Made by a program: the position numbers and the translations under genes. Below are positions 39,640 through 51,615 of a stretch of 64,000 nucleotides of DNA, in pieces (positions within the stretch are counted from its first letter, which is position 1; each line of letters starts with the position of its first letter). Source of the stretch: Paraspadella gotoi (taxonomy: Eukaryota; Animalia; Chaetognatha); NCBI GenBank assembly GCA_051294375.1, contig CM119265.1, forward strand, positions 18,586,631-18,650,630, given 5' to 3'. The notes below the pieces were generated by a model. The model was not told where the DNA came from and searched no databases. It saw nothing but the letters and a program-made list of their open reading frames with translations.

Positions 39640-42011
39640 CTGAGGGAGTTGAGAGAGTGAAGTGATAAGAGAGAGAAAAGTGGGAGGAAAGAGAAGGCCG
39701 AGGATTTGGATAATCCGATAAAGAGGCAGGGATGACGGGGAAGAAGTAGTAAGAAGAAAATGAAAGAACGGAGAAAGAGAAGAAAGGATGAGAGAACCCG
39801 TTTTTAATTGTGAATTCAATTTATATTATATTAAAGTTTCTAAAAAGTCATTTCTTGTTTGTTTTATATTACTGAGAAAAAGATTTTACGACTAACGTTA
39901 TTTCGGAACTGTTTTATACAATTTATTAATTGACTGATTAATTTTTTCTCGCAAAGTCAGGGGCAAGATAGCTTATTTATTAAATGAATGGATAATTTTT
40001 ATATTGGTTGTACCAATTTCATAAAATTCAGCTCCTTGTATTTTGATGCTAGTGCGGAGTACAATAAGTATTCTCCGATCTAATACTTAAGGAGTGGTCT
40101 TTTCATACAATTGAAACATTCTTTGAAATATTTTCCACTTCATTGATAGGAAAGCAAGGTACTCTGGGAGTGAATAAACGGGACTGTGAGAGAGTCTTGA
40201 TTGAAAGCTTGCAGGGACCTGCTATGTCATTATCTTGTAAGAGTGATGGAGGCCTTAAACCACCAAAGCCTGTCCAAAGTCACGGGCAAGATAGCTTATT
40301 TATTAAATGAATGGATAATTTTTATATTGGTTGTACCAATTTCATATCTTTTTCGCCTTATCAACTGTTAAAAAAATACGAGAGAAGCACATCATCCAAT
40401 GATTATCTTTTTCCCCCGAAGCTTTTAATTCGTTTTGAATAGTTAATTTTTCGAAAAGACATAGGAGAGCGAGAAGTTTCGAGTTCCCAACTGATGAACT
40501 TCGAACGATTAACGATATTTATTTTTAAAAAAACCGCGATGAACGCGGAAGACTATAAAAAAATAACCTTCATTCCTCGAATAATTGCCACCAAAAATGT
40601 TTGCAGAGGAGGCTTTGCCGAGAAAAAAAATTTTCGGTCGTTTAATTTCCTCTTTTTCGAAAAAAAAAATCGGTCGCCAGAGATCGAAATACGCTCTCGA
40701 TTTTCTCTCAATATTTCGTAATTATGAAATTAATTCTCGGTTTTCAGAGCATCGCGTTTTGTTCGCCGCGGGCACCGGGAAACCTTTTGAGATGACGGGG
40801 TTCGTCTGAGACTCCGTCCTTGTTTTCGTCCTCTTCGTCTTGGGCGATCATCGAGGAACGTCGAAAAAAAAAAGTTGGGTGTAAAGTTCAGGGTTCAAAG
40901 TTCGAGCTGACTGAGAGCATAGTTCGCGCAGATCGAGAGTAAACTTCGGCCACGTGAGCGCGAGATGCGATTCACGTGACTGGAACGTTCATACTTCAGA
41001 TTTTTCTTATCCGATTAATTTCGATGTTTTTGTTTTCGGTTGGGCTTCTAGGAATTCAGCGGATTCACGGAAATTGCGCAACTTCCCTCCTTTCAACGTT
41101 AAGAAATTTGAACTCTTACGCGAGAGAACGAAAAATAACACCAGATTACAATCCTCGAAAAATTTGTTGTGCTTTCGACCTCGAGAGCCCCGTTGTCCAG
41201 ACGAGAGACGAAGAGGAGAGAAAGAGAGAGATATTTTTTTTCTGATGAAATGAGAACAAAATCTCCGATCGTCAGCAGTTAGCGAAAAATAAACGACAAT
41301 TAATTTTCAGCTTCGGGAGAATAATAAACGTCTAATAATAATTTTAAAGGATTTTTGGCGAAATGAAGAGCCACACAAAACAAGATGAGAATTATTGGCA
41401 GCGGAGAGGAGAGTCGGCCGCGTCCCGATCATATTTGAAGGGTGGCCAAAAGGGGAAGTAATGGAATGAAGAAAGTTAAGTTACAAGGAATGTAGGAAAT
41501 TAAAAATGGACTGAAAAGAGATATTAAAAAAGAATTTAGGAAAATGTAGGGAATGAGGAATTAGGAAAGGTAAAAATTTTGAAAAAGACAAAAGAAAGTT
41601 AGAAATCAAGACGAAGTAAAAGTATAACTCATAAGGCCCCGAACTTAATAAGAATATAATATTTGGATGGATTTGCATTGCATTAAAAAAAAATTGTGTA
41701 AGTATATCGAAAGAATATCTGTACATATATTGCATTATAAAAGGTTATTGACCACCGAAAAAAAAATTAAACTTTTTTCTAGATGGAAAACGATCGGGGT
41801 CTCAAAAAAATTTTGTGGAGAAAAATGATTTTCTGCAAACAGTACGTGAGTCATAGTGAAATTTTTCTGAATGTCAGACGAGGACGGATAGTTCCGGATT
41901 TTCTTACTTAGTCTAAATCCCACTGTGGAGCATCTCTCCAAAATTCCACCCTCCATTGAAATATGGAACCACGGCACCAGAAACTGCCCAAATATTTTTA
42001 ACTTCAATCTT

Positions 42012-42240
42012 TCAAAGGTCACTCCCAACCACCTGTATGTCTTTGGCGAGCCTGACTAGCAAGTTTTGCAGCTTCCATTTTTCCAAATTGACCGGACGAC
42101 ATTGGCCGTGATGGCACGCCACCGGACAGGCCATGTTCATTTCCAAGCAGCGCTCCGGGGCACAGAGGTCGCAGTAGTGGATACCGTGCTCTCTTCGCGT
42201 GTCGATGGTAACAGGGTGATACACTGTGAGGGAAGTGGAC
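42012..42240 (-). pseudogene. Degenerate RING-finger-like coding fragment
   Basis: VYHPVTID...HYCDLC..ERCLEMNMACPVAC spacing resembles the C-terminal half of a C3HC4 RING. The first Cys pair is missing. Confidence 0.35.
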
Positions 42241-42518
42241 AAAAACAAAAAACAATTTAACTGTAGTACTTTTACTTAGTACTTCTAAGCTTAGTTAATT
42301 TTTCATGGGATTGTATGTAAAAGGACATGGTCGTGAATCGTTTAGCAATAGGTAAGTAATATTTAAATTAGCATTGTCGTTAAGACGCGGTGTGCCAGTT
42401 CCTTGATTCTTGATGTATATTCACACGCATGTAGCCAAAAGAGAAAAAGAAAATAAAAAAAATTCCCGATAAAAAAGTTCTCAACGGTCATCCGTCACGT
42501 TTCTGTCAAAGATAAGCG

Positions 42519-42521
<3 letters not shown>

Positions 42522-42597
<76 letters not shown>
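42522..42597. repeat. (CT)n microsatellite; others at ~43383-43478, 46593-46664, 49174-49281, 51529-51611, 61390-61535
   Basis: Directly visible. Confidence 0.95.
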
Positions 42598-42600
<3 letters not shown>

Positions 42601-42858
42601 CTCTCTCTTATTACGTCACGAGATATAGTTGTGAAAATCAATATCCGAGAGATTTCAGCGAAAAACCAGAGCGAGTGTTGACGGAAGAAAAGATGAATCG
42701 AAAATTGCTATGAAGAATGTAGATGTAGGATAATGAATATGTAGGATTATTGGTACTTTTTTTTTATTTAAAGATCATCATCATCATCATAGTCCGATAT
42801 CGAATTAATAAGTTATTATTTTGATTTTGATTTGAAACAAATGAACCCATAAGCAAAC

Positions 42859-42958
42859 CTGTAGGTTTTGATCTGACGACCCGAGATGGCGCGTCGACGA
42901 TTTGCACGGGTATTTGAATCGGCGGTTTAGACGCCTTCGACGTGGATCGTTGCGCCAT
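42859..42958 (-). CDS. Candidate ATG-bearing exon upstream of PPP2R3
   Basis: MAQRSTSKASKPPIQIPVQIVDAPSRVVRSKPT followed by a CAG|GTTTG donor. It shares the IPVQ motif with the giant exon, but its phase (1) does not join that exon directly (phase 0). Confidence 0.4.
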
Positions 42959-43379
42959 CTTGAGTTGAAAATACTCGAAGTCGCCGAATTAAACTAAAGG
43001 ATTTTAGTTTATCCACTTTTGAAAAAAACGCATTTCCTTTATTTTGTAATTTTTTTTTTTGAATCAAGATCCTGAAATAGCGATAAAAAAAATTTCGAGG
43101 CTCATTTCAGAAGTTAATTTAACAAAGAATTATTAATCGTTGTTGTTACCACAAATATTGGGAATCAAATCAAATTATTGTTCCGAAATATAATAGTTCA
43201 TAAAATAATAAATGTACATCTAGGAGACGATGAAGAAAAATGCTCAATCGGGACCCCAAAGGAACTGAACAAAACAAACCGGGTAGGACGGCCGAGGCCC
43301 CGCGTTCCGGGGATTCGCGTCGATATCACGACTAATCCCACTTCAAATCCCTGACTCAAGCCCTTGTTTCACCAAATAA

Positions 43380-43481
<102 letters not shown>

Positions 43482-46400
43482 ATTTGCTGCAATCTTGTTT
43501 GCTCAAAGGTACTATTTAATTTAAAGAAATATTTATCTCAAGCATCATGCATAAATAATTTATTAATAACTATTTTAATTAAGTAGAGATTTGAATTTAA
43601 ATACTATTAACCATTATTTATTCCCAATTCCTTCTTTGAACCATACAAAACTGCCTCTCTTTTACGTTTCAGGTTTATCTCAGCTTACTTTTCCACTCAA
43701 TCTCCGTCTTTCTTGCCCCCCTCTCGCTCTCTGTCTTCGTTAATTTCAACTCCCACTCCATCGTTCTTTAAATTTTTTTTTCTTCCCGTTGATTCCTCGC
43801 GGTTGTGGTGATTTTTTTCGTGGGCGGCCGAGCCTGCTGGAGCGGCCGAGATTGCTGCAGTGGCGAAGTTTGCTGGGGCGCCTCAGGCAGCGTTCCTGGC
43901 GGTAGAGGTTGTAGCCAATGGTTAGGGACGTGGTGGAGTCGGTGTTGGGGTTCTCGCTGCTGGGTCGCGTTGGTTAAAGCGTCTACGGCGGCTGAAGCTG
44001 CAGGGCGTGGTTCTTTTTGAGGCGAGTTTCCCGTCGAGAAGAGTTAATCGATAATAAGAAAGAAAAGAAAAGAAAGAAAAATATAAAGAAAGAAAGAAAA
44101 ATAGAGAGAAAGAAAGAAAAAACAAACAAACAAAAGGCAAAAAAAAAAACCAAGATAGTTAATCGGTTAAAAAAATTATAAGAATTAAACGAAAAAAAGA
44201 ATGAAAGATATTAAAATTTAATGTTACAAAAAATAATAATCTGGCTCGGTTAAAAAGATTGCATCTTGTAACAACCGCTTTGGGAGTGGGCGAGAGTTTT
44301 AAAAAAAAAACAAAACAAAAAAAACAAACCCCCCCCAAAAAAAACCGGCGATCAACGATTACTTCAATTTTTTTGGGGTTGTATTTTTTTTAAATCGAAT
44401 ACGAAATCTGTTTTACTTTTAGTTTCGGCGAAGAAAGAAAAGAAAGCAACTCGAAATTAAAAGGAAGACGAAATGAAGATTTTTTTTCCGACCGAATTTC
44501 GCAGTGATTTTCGTTTTCAAACTCTTCTCTCAAGTCGAACCGTTCCGGCGTCCGGGGGCGATTCGTACAAAGACGATTCGTCCGTACCGACGCCGTCCCG
44601 AGTAGTCGGGCGGGAGGCGCGATGGGGGCAACGGAGGCATTAATATCACGGAGAATGTTCAACACCGAAGGCGGAGCCTCTCGGTTCCGAACGGCCGCTT
44701 TGCGTGAGAAATTTTTGAGATTCTTCCGAAGGGGAAAATTTATTTCTCCCTAAATGAAATTTAGAAATTCTTTTCCGCAATTTTTTTTTTTTTTTTTAAT
44801 AATTTGCCGGACATGATAAAAGCGGGTGGAGGTGCGGAAGTGAGGGGGTGGGAAGTTACCGCGCGTCCGAATATGTCTGTTAAAACAGAACTCACAGAAG
44901 AAAACGAATTACTCAAAAGTTCTGTGTCGTACGTTAGTTCTCAGAACTATGAGTTCACCCGAATACAAAAAAAGCAATGATTTACCGAGAGCCCAGTCGA
45001 TCGGGGGGCATTTGTAGCTTGCCTTGCTTTCCGGAACTACGGCGGTAGGTTTGTACCGATGCTTTAAGCAAGAGTTACAGCAAGAAATATTCTGCCTCCC
45101 GCTAATTTCACCACTCGCATGTAAGCGATGTAAACATTAAAATTTTATCTCATGCAACGGCGTTCGCGGAATATTTCTGATTTCTGATTTCTGATGCGAA
45201 ATAAAATTCAAATGAAGGATTTTTGCTGACTCTGGATAAAAATTTAGGCAATAATTTGTTTTCTTCAAAGTTTAACAAACTTTAATTGATAAAGAACAAC
45301 ATAAAAGTAATGTTTTTATGTTCAAAAAATTTATTTTTTAGTTTTAGAGAAGACAAGACCCCCGCCTGTAAAACCGATTTTGATCAGCCGCTCCGGATGA
45401 AAGTTCTTTTGTAAAACTTTGGATTTATTTCCGTCTTATGTCGGCCTATTACTACATTAATAGATCTTTTATTTGCTCATGATTATATTAATTTCTTAGC
45501 CCAATGGGAGCTTTTTTGAAATTTTTTTTGGCACATTTTCCTGGTTCTACATTCGATTATTAAGGAAAAAAGTCATTTCTCACGTAAATATAATATAAAG
45601 TTAATAAAGTTATAAAGAAATTGTATTTCTTTCACAAAAAACCCTAGGTCGATGGAACCAAAAAATAAGGAGGTTTTTGTTTACTCGAAGTTTTCAAGCT
45701 CGAAAATTCCAGAATCCAATCCGACAACGGTTTTTCTTTATTCGTTTTTTTTTTTTTTTGGTTTTATGTCGGAAGAAAATACGAAGAAAGATATCTTTCA
45801 ATGAACGGAAAAAAACTTTTTTTTTATCTTTTCAGGTAAAACGTTTTAACGCTCTTAGGTTTTCACAACTCTTTGTTTTTCTTTAAAACAAAAATGTCTT
45901 TGTTTCAGGCGTAATTTTCTTCGACATTTAATTCAAGTCGACGTTTGGACGAGACTGAGCAAATTTTTTTGTTGAAAATGAAGACAAATTAACGATTTTG
46001 ATAGGAAAATATCTACTAAAACATGGACGGCCTCGATATCATTCCGACTCTTCTCTTCGATTTTTGTGAAAGTTCGACGCAACTCGAGTCAAGGTTAACT
46101 CGAATGTAAACGAAAAGAACTTTTCGAGAAAGAATTTGGAAAAGTAATTTTTTTTTGTGTTGTGTGTGGGAAGGATGTCTGAAGGAATGCGAGTTTCGTT
46201 GATTACAATAAAATATTTTGTTAACAATAAAATCTCCGTACGTTAGTTTTTGAAGACAATGTATTTAACTGGCCCTAAATATAAAAGAAACGAGAATAAT
46301 CGTTATCCTCGATTACGGAAGAGAGAAAAAGATATAGTCGAACAGAAAACTTTCATCACGAGTTACATAAAAAACGATTTTTCGTCGTCACAGTCGTCGT

Positions 46401-46589
46401 CGTCGTCGTCTAGGTTTTCAACGCAAAAAAAAAAAAAAAAAAAACACTCCCGAGTCGAGATGCCCGGACGGCGAACCGACTACAGGGCCTCGTAAAGAAC
46501 TGTGAAAAAATCGAAAGTTATGCTAGTTTCGGGGCCTTGTTCGTTTTTACCGAGATTATTTTTTTTCTTCAGCGTGGGGGGATGATTCG

Positions 46590-46667
<78 letters not shown>

Positions 46668-47631
46668 CCCGAAGTCTCTGGGGTTCTTCTTTCATCATCA
46701 TCGTCGTCGTCGTCGTTTTCGACATCGTTCTCGCTTTACGTCGAGGGAAGAGGGTGAATAAGGGTAAAAACGAGGAAAAGAACTAATGAGGAGAGGGGAG
46801 GACAGGGTGAGAAGCAGGGTAACAACGGGAGATCTTGGCTTTCCGTGAGAAGATAATGAGAAAAGAGAGAGAAAAGCGAAAATCAAAAGGGGATGAAGGG
46901 TAAATAGGGAGTGAGTTAGAATATCGAAGAAGAGAGAAAGCTGGCAAAAAATAAAATATGTGATTCCCACTTCTAGAATGAAAAGTAACGAACTTATTAC
47001 TAGTCTTCGTGTTACTAATATAAGATCAACCTTTAATGTTGCTCGATAGGATTGTAACTTGATACGTCTATGAGAGAGTAAAAGCGTCGAAAAGGAGATG
47101 AGAAGTAGAAAGTAAGCTAAATATATCCTACATCTTTTCTTGTTATGATAAATTTTATAATAAAATAAAAAGAGATAGGCGGCTGAAGAAATAGAAAGAC
47201 ATTGGAAGAGAAAGAGAATATGTAAGGATGAAGGAAAGCATATTCACTAGACTTCGTGACGTCTCACCCGGTTTTTGGGTCTATCCTGACGTCAAGGACA
47301 TCACAACAACTTTCTTCATTCATCAACCCGAGATCCGAAAACATTTGAAAAATTCTTTGAATTACAGGAAAAAAACACAATCTAATTTATTAGTTGGTAC
47401 TTTTGTTTTTAACTTCTCCGTCAAAAATATTAGGATTTACTACAGGCTGTCGAAGATTAAAATGAGATAATAATAAAAATATTTTTACTCGGGTAAATTT
47501 AAAAGTATGAACGTAATTTTCAGTGATTTTTTAGTATTTAAAATAAGCATCCGGATCATAAACTTAAAAATAATGAGTAAATATAACTTTTAAATATTAA
47601 AATTGAAACATTTAATATCTTTTCCGGCCCG

Positions 47632-47847
47632 TCAAGCAATCTCCTTAAGTTCGAGTTTTGATTTCGCCTCATCATCATCGTCGGCAGCCTCGGCAGCAGC
47701 AGCATGATCGCCACGACCGCATCCGCAGCGCGACTCCCTCGCCATGCGCTCGACGTCCTGCATCGTCTGCGGCATCGGCTTCCCGCTCGTTTCCGTCATA
47801 AATGCAACGCTAATGAAGAGGAGGACGACGACTAAGCAGAGCGCCAT
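47632..47847 (-). CDS. Candidate 71-aa secreted peptide precursor
   Basis: Signal-peptide-like MALCLVVVLLFISVAFMTETSG, then KPMPQ...RMARESRCGCGRGD and an acidic tail. GC-rich island with coding-like codons. Confidence 0.55.
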   Translation of the reverse strand: MALCLVVVLLFISVAFMTETSGKPMPQTMQDVERMARESRCGCGRGDHAAAAEAADDDDEAKSKLELKEIA

Positions 47848-47953
47848 CTCTACGCTAAACGGATCGCTTTTTTGAAAGTAGGACAGATAGATGGCCAAAA
47901 GCGACATCAAGCGGCATGACGGCGACGGTGCAGCGGCTGCGTATGTGGGTTAA

Positions 47954-48554
47954 GGCGTAGTGAAAGTTACATGCGAAAATTTTAAAAGTCAATTATGAAC
48001 AACAAACCATCAGTGAACATTAATTTGTAAAAAAAATTACTTTAATGTTTTTTAATTTTCGCAGTAGGCTATATTTATATATAGTACTATCCTTATAAAA
48101 TCAAAAAATTTCAAAATTTTTTAATTTTAATTGCAGATTTGAATTCCTCGTCAAAAGTTGATAAAAGAAAATATAAATCATTTTTAAAAATTCTTTCGTT
48201 AAGTGGGTTAAAAATTAAAAAAACTATATTTAATATATAAAAAATTAATTTTCAGCTTAAAATATAGCTTTTTCTAATTTTTGACCCACTTAATGAATAC
48301 ATTTTTCAAAAAGAGTTATATTTCTTTTTTAAAAACTTTTTATGACGAATCCAAATCTACAAAAATATCTTAGAAAAAACTGTTTTGAAATTATAACATT
48401 TATTGGTTTAGTACTAGTATAAATATGGCCTACTACGTAAATTGAAAAATTTATTATAAATTTTTTTATTATATAAATGTTCATTAGTATAATGTTGTTC
48501 GTTCCTCACTTTTAGAATTGTAATTAAAGTTAAATTTAGAAATTTTACTACGCC
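47954..48554. mobile_element. Kolobok-like non-autonomous DNA transposon
   Basis: TTAA on both sides (47950-47953, 48555-48558), TIR GGCGTAGT(G/A)AAA / TTTTACTACGCC, and a long palindromic interior. Confidence 0.75.
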
Positions 48555-49171
48555 TTAATGTGGGTGGGTAACACTTCCTAGGGTTGGATGAAAGCGTTGA
48601 ATACGTTTTAAACTAGAGCTTGTAAAATTACATACTAAATTAGTTTAAATTTAAAAAAAAAATAATTGTAAGACAAGAAATATTGCATGTTTAATGTGCA
48701 GAATCGCAAACCATTCTCGCTCCATCTCCCACTCCGTCACAAGCTCCATCACCCGTTCCCTCTCGCGCTCCTTCTTTCTCTCCTGCTTCCTCTTCCGCTC
48801 CACCTCTCGCTCCATCTCCCGTTCCGCCACACATGATACTTTTCCATAACTCCAGTTGAATGCCATAACATTTAATATAAACTTTTTGAGAACTCAAATC
48901 TCTCAACGCCATCCCCTCTTTTCCATTCAATCCCGATTCATTCAATCAAACTACGTGGCACCGCCGCCAAGAAGTTCATCCCTTTCAAATTTCGCGACTT
49001 ATGGACTTAGTTATTGAGCCCATCCGTTCTTGGAATCGCGGAATTACAAGAAGACCACGTCCGGCTCCACAAGGCCTAGAACAGATCAGCCACGCCTTCT
49101 ACCGGAGCCGTGTCTCGCCGGCGAGATGTGTGGACGGCGCCACACTGATCGAGTGGCCAGTCATTTACCAT

Positions 49172-49284
<113 letters not shown>

Positions 49285-49593
49285 ATAATTTAGTCTCGTT
49301 TCTCGCTTATTAAAAATGTCGCTAATACATATCCTATGTCTCTTAAAAAATATTGATATGGTCCGCGCTGTGGGCCCAGAATGTTAAACTGACTTTTGAG
49401 CATCGGAGGAGTGCTTGCACGGCCTCCTCCTCAGGTCAGCCCGTTATTGCAGTACCTCCGGGATTGACCCATTGGGTGAATTTAAATTTATTAATTTAAA
49501 AAGAAAGGAAGATATTATTTCTACAATAAGACACGTTTATGAGTATTACATAACCTACGAAGTTCCTTGTTACTTAGTTAGCTTATTTAAGAG

Positions 49594-50355
49594 TCATAGC
49601 AACAAACCTTGCAAAACATCGATTCCAAAAGTCACCAGGTCGACGTCGGAACCAGAAATGATTCGATCATCTCCGAAGGAGGCAGATGAGAAACAGCAGA
49701 TGTCTCTAGTGTTGTTGGGTCGACGCTCACTAGGGATCGTCGTCGGGGCGCTGACGGTTGAGATCGTCTCGATTCTATTTCCGTCTCTCGTGTCCGGCAC
49801 GGCCCCTATATTAGCCGGCGTGGCGGCGATAAGATTGGCATGGGTTCCGTCTGTCAAGCATGCCAAGCCAGCCGACCTCGATCTGGCGACGAATTTTTGG
49901 TCGATCCTGATGTCGGTGTTTTCTCTGGAGGTGGCGCTCGCTGCCGCTGCCTTGGAGGCCTCGGTTGCGTCGTTTGCGGCGGCGTGGGCGGCGGCGCTGG
50001 CGATTGCTTCAGTGGTGGCGTCTACTTGGAAAATACGATCGGCGCTCATCGCGACGGCGTCCTCGATGGCAGCGACGTCGTCGGTTTTTGCCACGACGCC
50101 TCTTTCGCCAGCGTTGGCAGTGTCGATGGCGTTCGTGGCGGCGCTGTCATCGGCGAATCTCGATGCGTCCTCCGCAGCAAATTGGATGGCGGTTGCTACT
50201 GAAGTTGCTGCGACGGTGGCGACGTTGCAGCCTTTTGAAGTGGTGACGTATGCGGCGGCGATCATCTCCGCTGCGACTGCGACGGCGACAATGGCGGCGT
50301 CGCCTTTAGGACAGCCATATTCGTGTCGAGGGGGCGTCCGTGGGATAAATGTCAA
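49594..50355 (-). CDS. Orphan Ala/Thr/Asp-rich ORF or exon, function unknown
   Basis: 760-bp GC-rich open frame with GCC/GAC/ATC-type codons like neighbouring exons. No clear ATG at the 5' end. Confidence 0.45.
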   Translation of the reverse strand: MTFIPRTPPRHEYGCPKGDAAIVAVAVAAEMIAAAYVTTSKGCNVATVAATSVATAIQFAAEDASRFADDSAATNAIDTANAGERGVVAKTDDVAAIEDAVAMSADRIFQVDATTEAIASAAAHAAANDATEASKAAAASATSRENTDIRIDQKFVARSRSAGLACLTDGTHANLIAATPANIGAVPDTRDGNRIETISTVSAPTTIPSERRPNNTRDICCFSSASFGDDRIISGSDVDLVTFGIDVLQGLLL

Positions 50356-51527
50356 CCAAAGTCCGACTCCAAAGTCGTAATACAGTTACTGTATTATCAA
50401 GACCATCTCCAATCTCTTTCCAGTTGGAAATGTTTTAGCGTTTGTCTATATTAAAAATATAATGACGCAAAAATTGAGATTATTAATATGAATATACTTA
50501 ACTTAATAACAGAAATACACTCTAAAGCGGTTTCTCTTTTGTTCGTAGCTACTTGACTCGAGAGGGCAGAATAACTCGGAACTCCCGAGAAAGAAAAAAA
50601 CAAAAGTCAATATGCGTTGATTCGGCGATGACGTCATGAGATATCCCCAATTCGCCGGAGAGATCTTGATCGTTAACCTGGAGTGCGCGTGAATTCATTC
50701 CCGAGTGATGAATTGAGAGAAGAACAGAACTATCGATCAAATAGCGATCGATGTTATATCGTGAAAATCATCATCCTCATTAACGCGGCGCAATTCAACG
50801 GTTTTAATAAATATCATCGTCATCAGCTCTATCACAATCAACGCAACCGACATCATCATTATCATCATTATCGTCGCTCGTTGGCCGCGTTCTTCCTCTT
50901 TTTCTCTTAACCCGCTTCGGGCTCCTGGTAACTTTCGCCGCCGGCTTCTGTTGTTATTCAACTATACGTACAGATCAGAAATCCCGTTTGAAAAATTTCG
51001 AACGCGGTATTCTTGTTAGAAATTGACCCTTCTTTTATGTACAAACCACGTCTTAATTAGTTAAGAAGTTCTCCTGAAAATCTCAAAATCTCAATCTATT
51101 CATTAATACTACTATTGAATAAATCAAAAGAGCCCAATATGGAGTCTTCACTGTATTTGCGCCTGATTTTCGCGAAACGATTCATAAGATTGTGAGGGAA
51201 AACACGTGAGTCGAGAAATGAATAGAAGGTGAATCAGATTTCGTTTTTTTGATCTAAAAAAGTTCGACGCAATCGAATTAGTATTTTTTAAATCTTAAAT
51301 TATATCGAATCGACACGATCGGGAATCGATTAAGGAGGATCGTGCGTTCGATATGATATTGCTTCTATGCTGCTCTGCGCAATAAAAAAGGTTAATCGTT
51401 AATTTCAATATATTTATATATTTTTTACAAGAGCCTGAAAAAAGATTTTGTCATACTTTTCTCAGTCACAGTTGCTTTATCCTCAGGATCGCCAACCACC
51501 CTCACGACCACCGTCACTACTAAAATC

Positions 51528-51615
<88 letters not shown>

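Noticed and set aside
39640-39819. N-terminal 60 aa of the 964-aa ORF
   Set aside because: This is an intronic polypyrimidine tract ending in a CAG acceptor at 39640-39642, with a TTG start.
43700-44035. Q/P-rich minus-strand open frame
   Set aside because: It has no ATG and no convincing in-frame splice link, and it ends in a stop. Possibly 5' UTR; not supportable as CDS.
48651-48945. ERE/MER-rich ORFs, and the SLSL/ERER/KKER ORFs elsewhere in the window
   Set aside because: Translations of low-complexity or microsatellite sequence.
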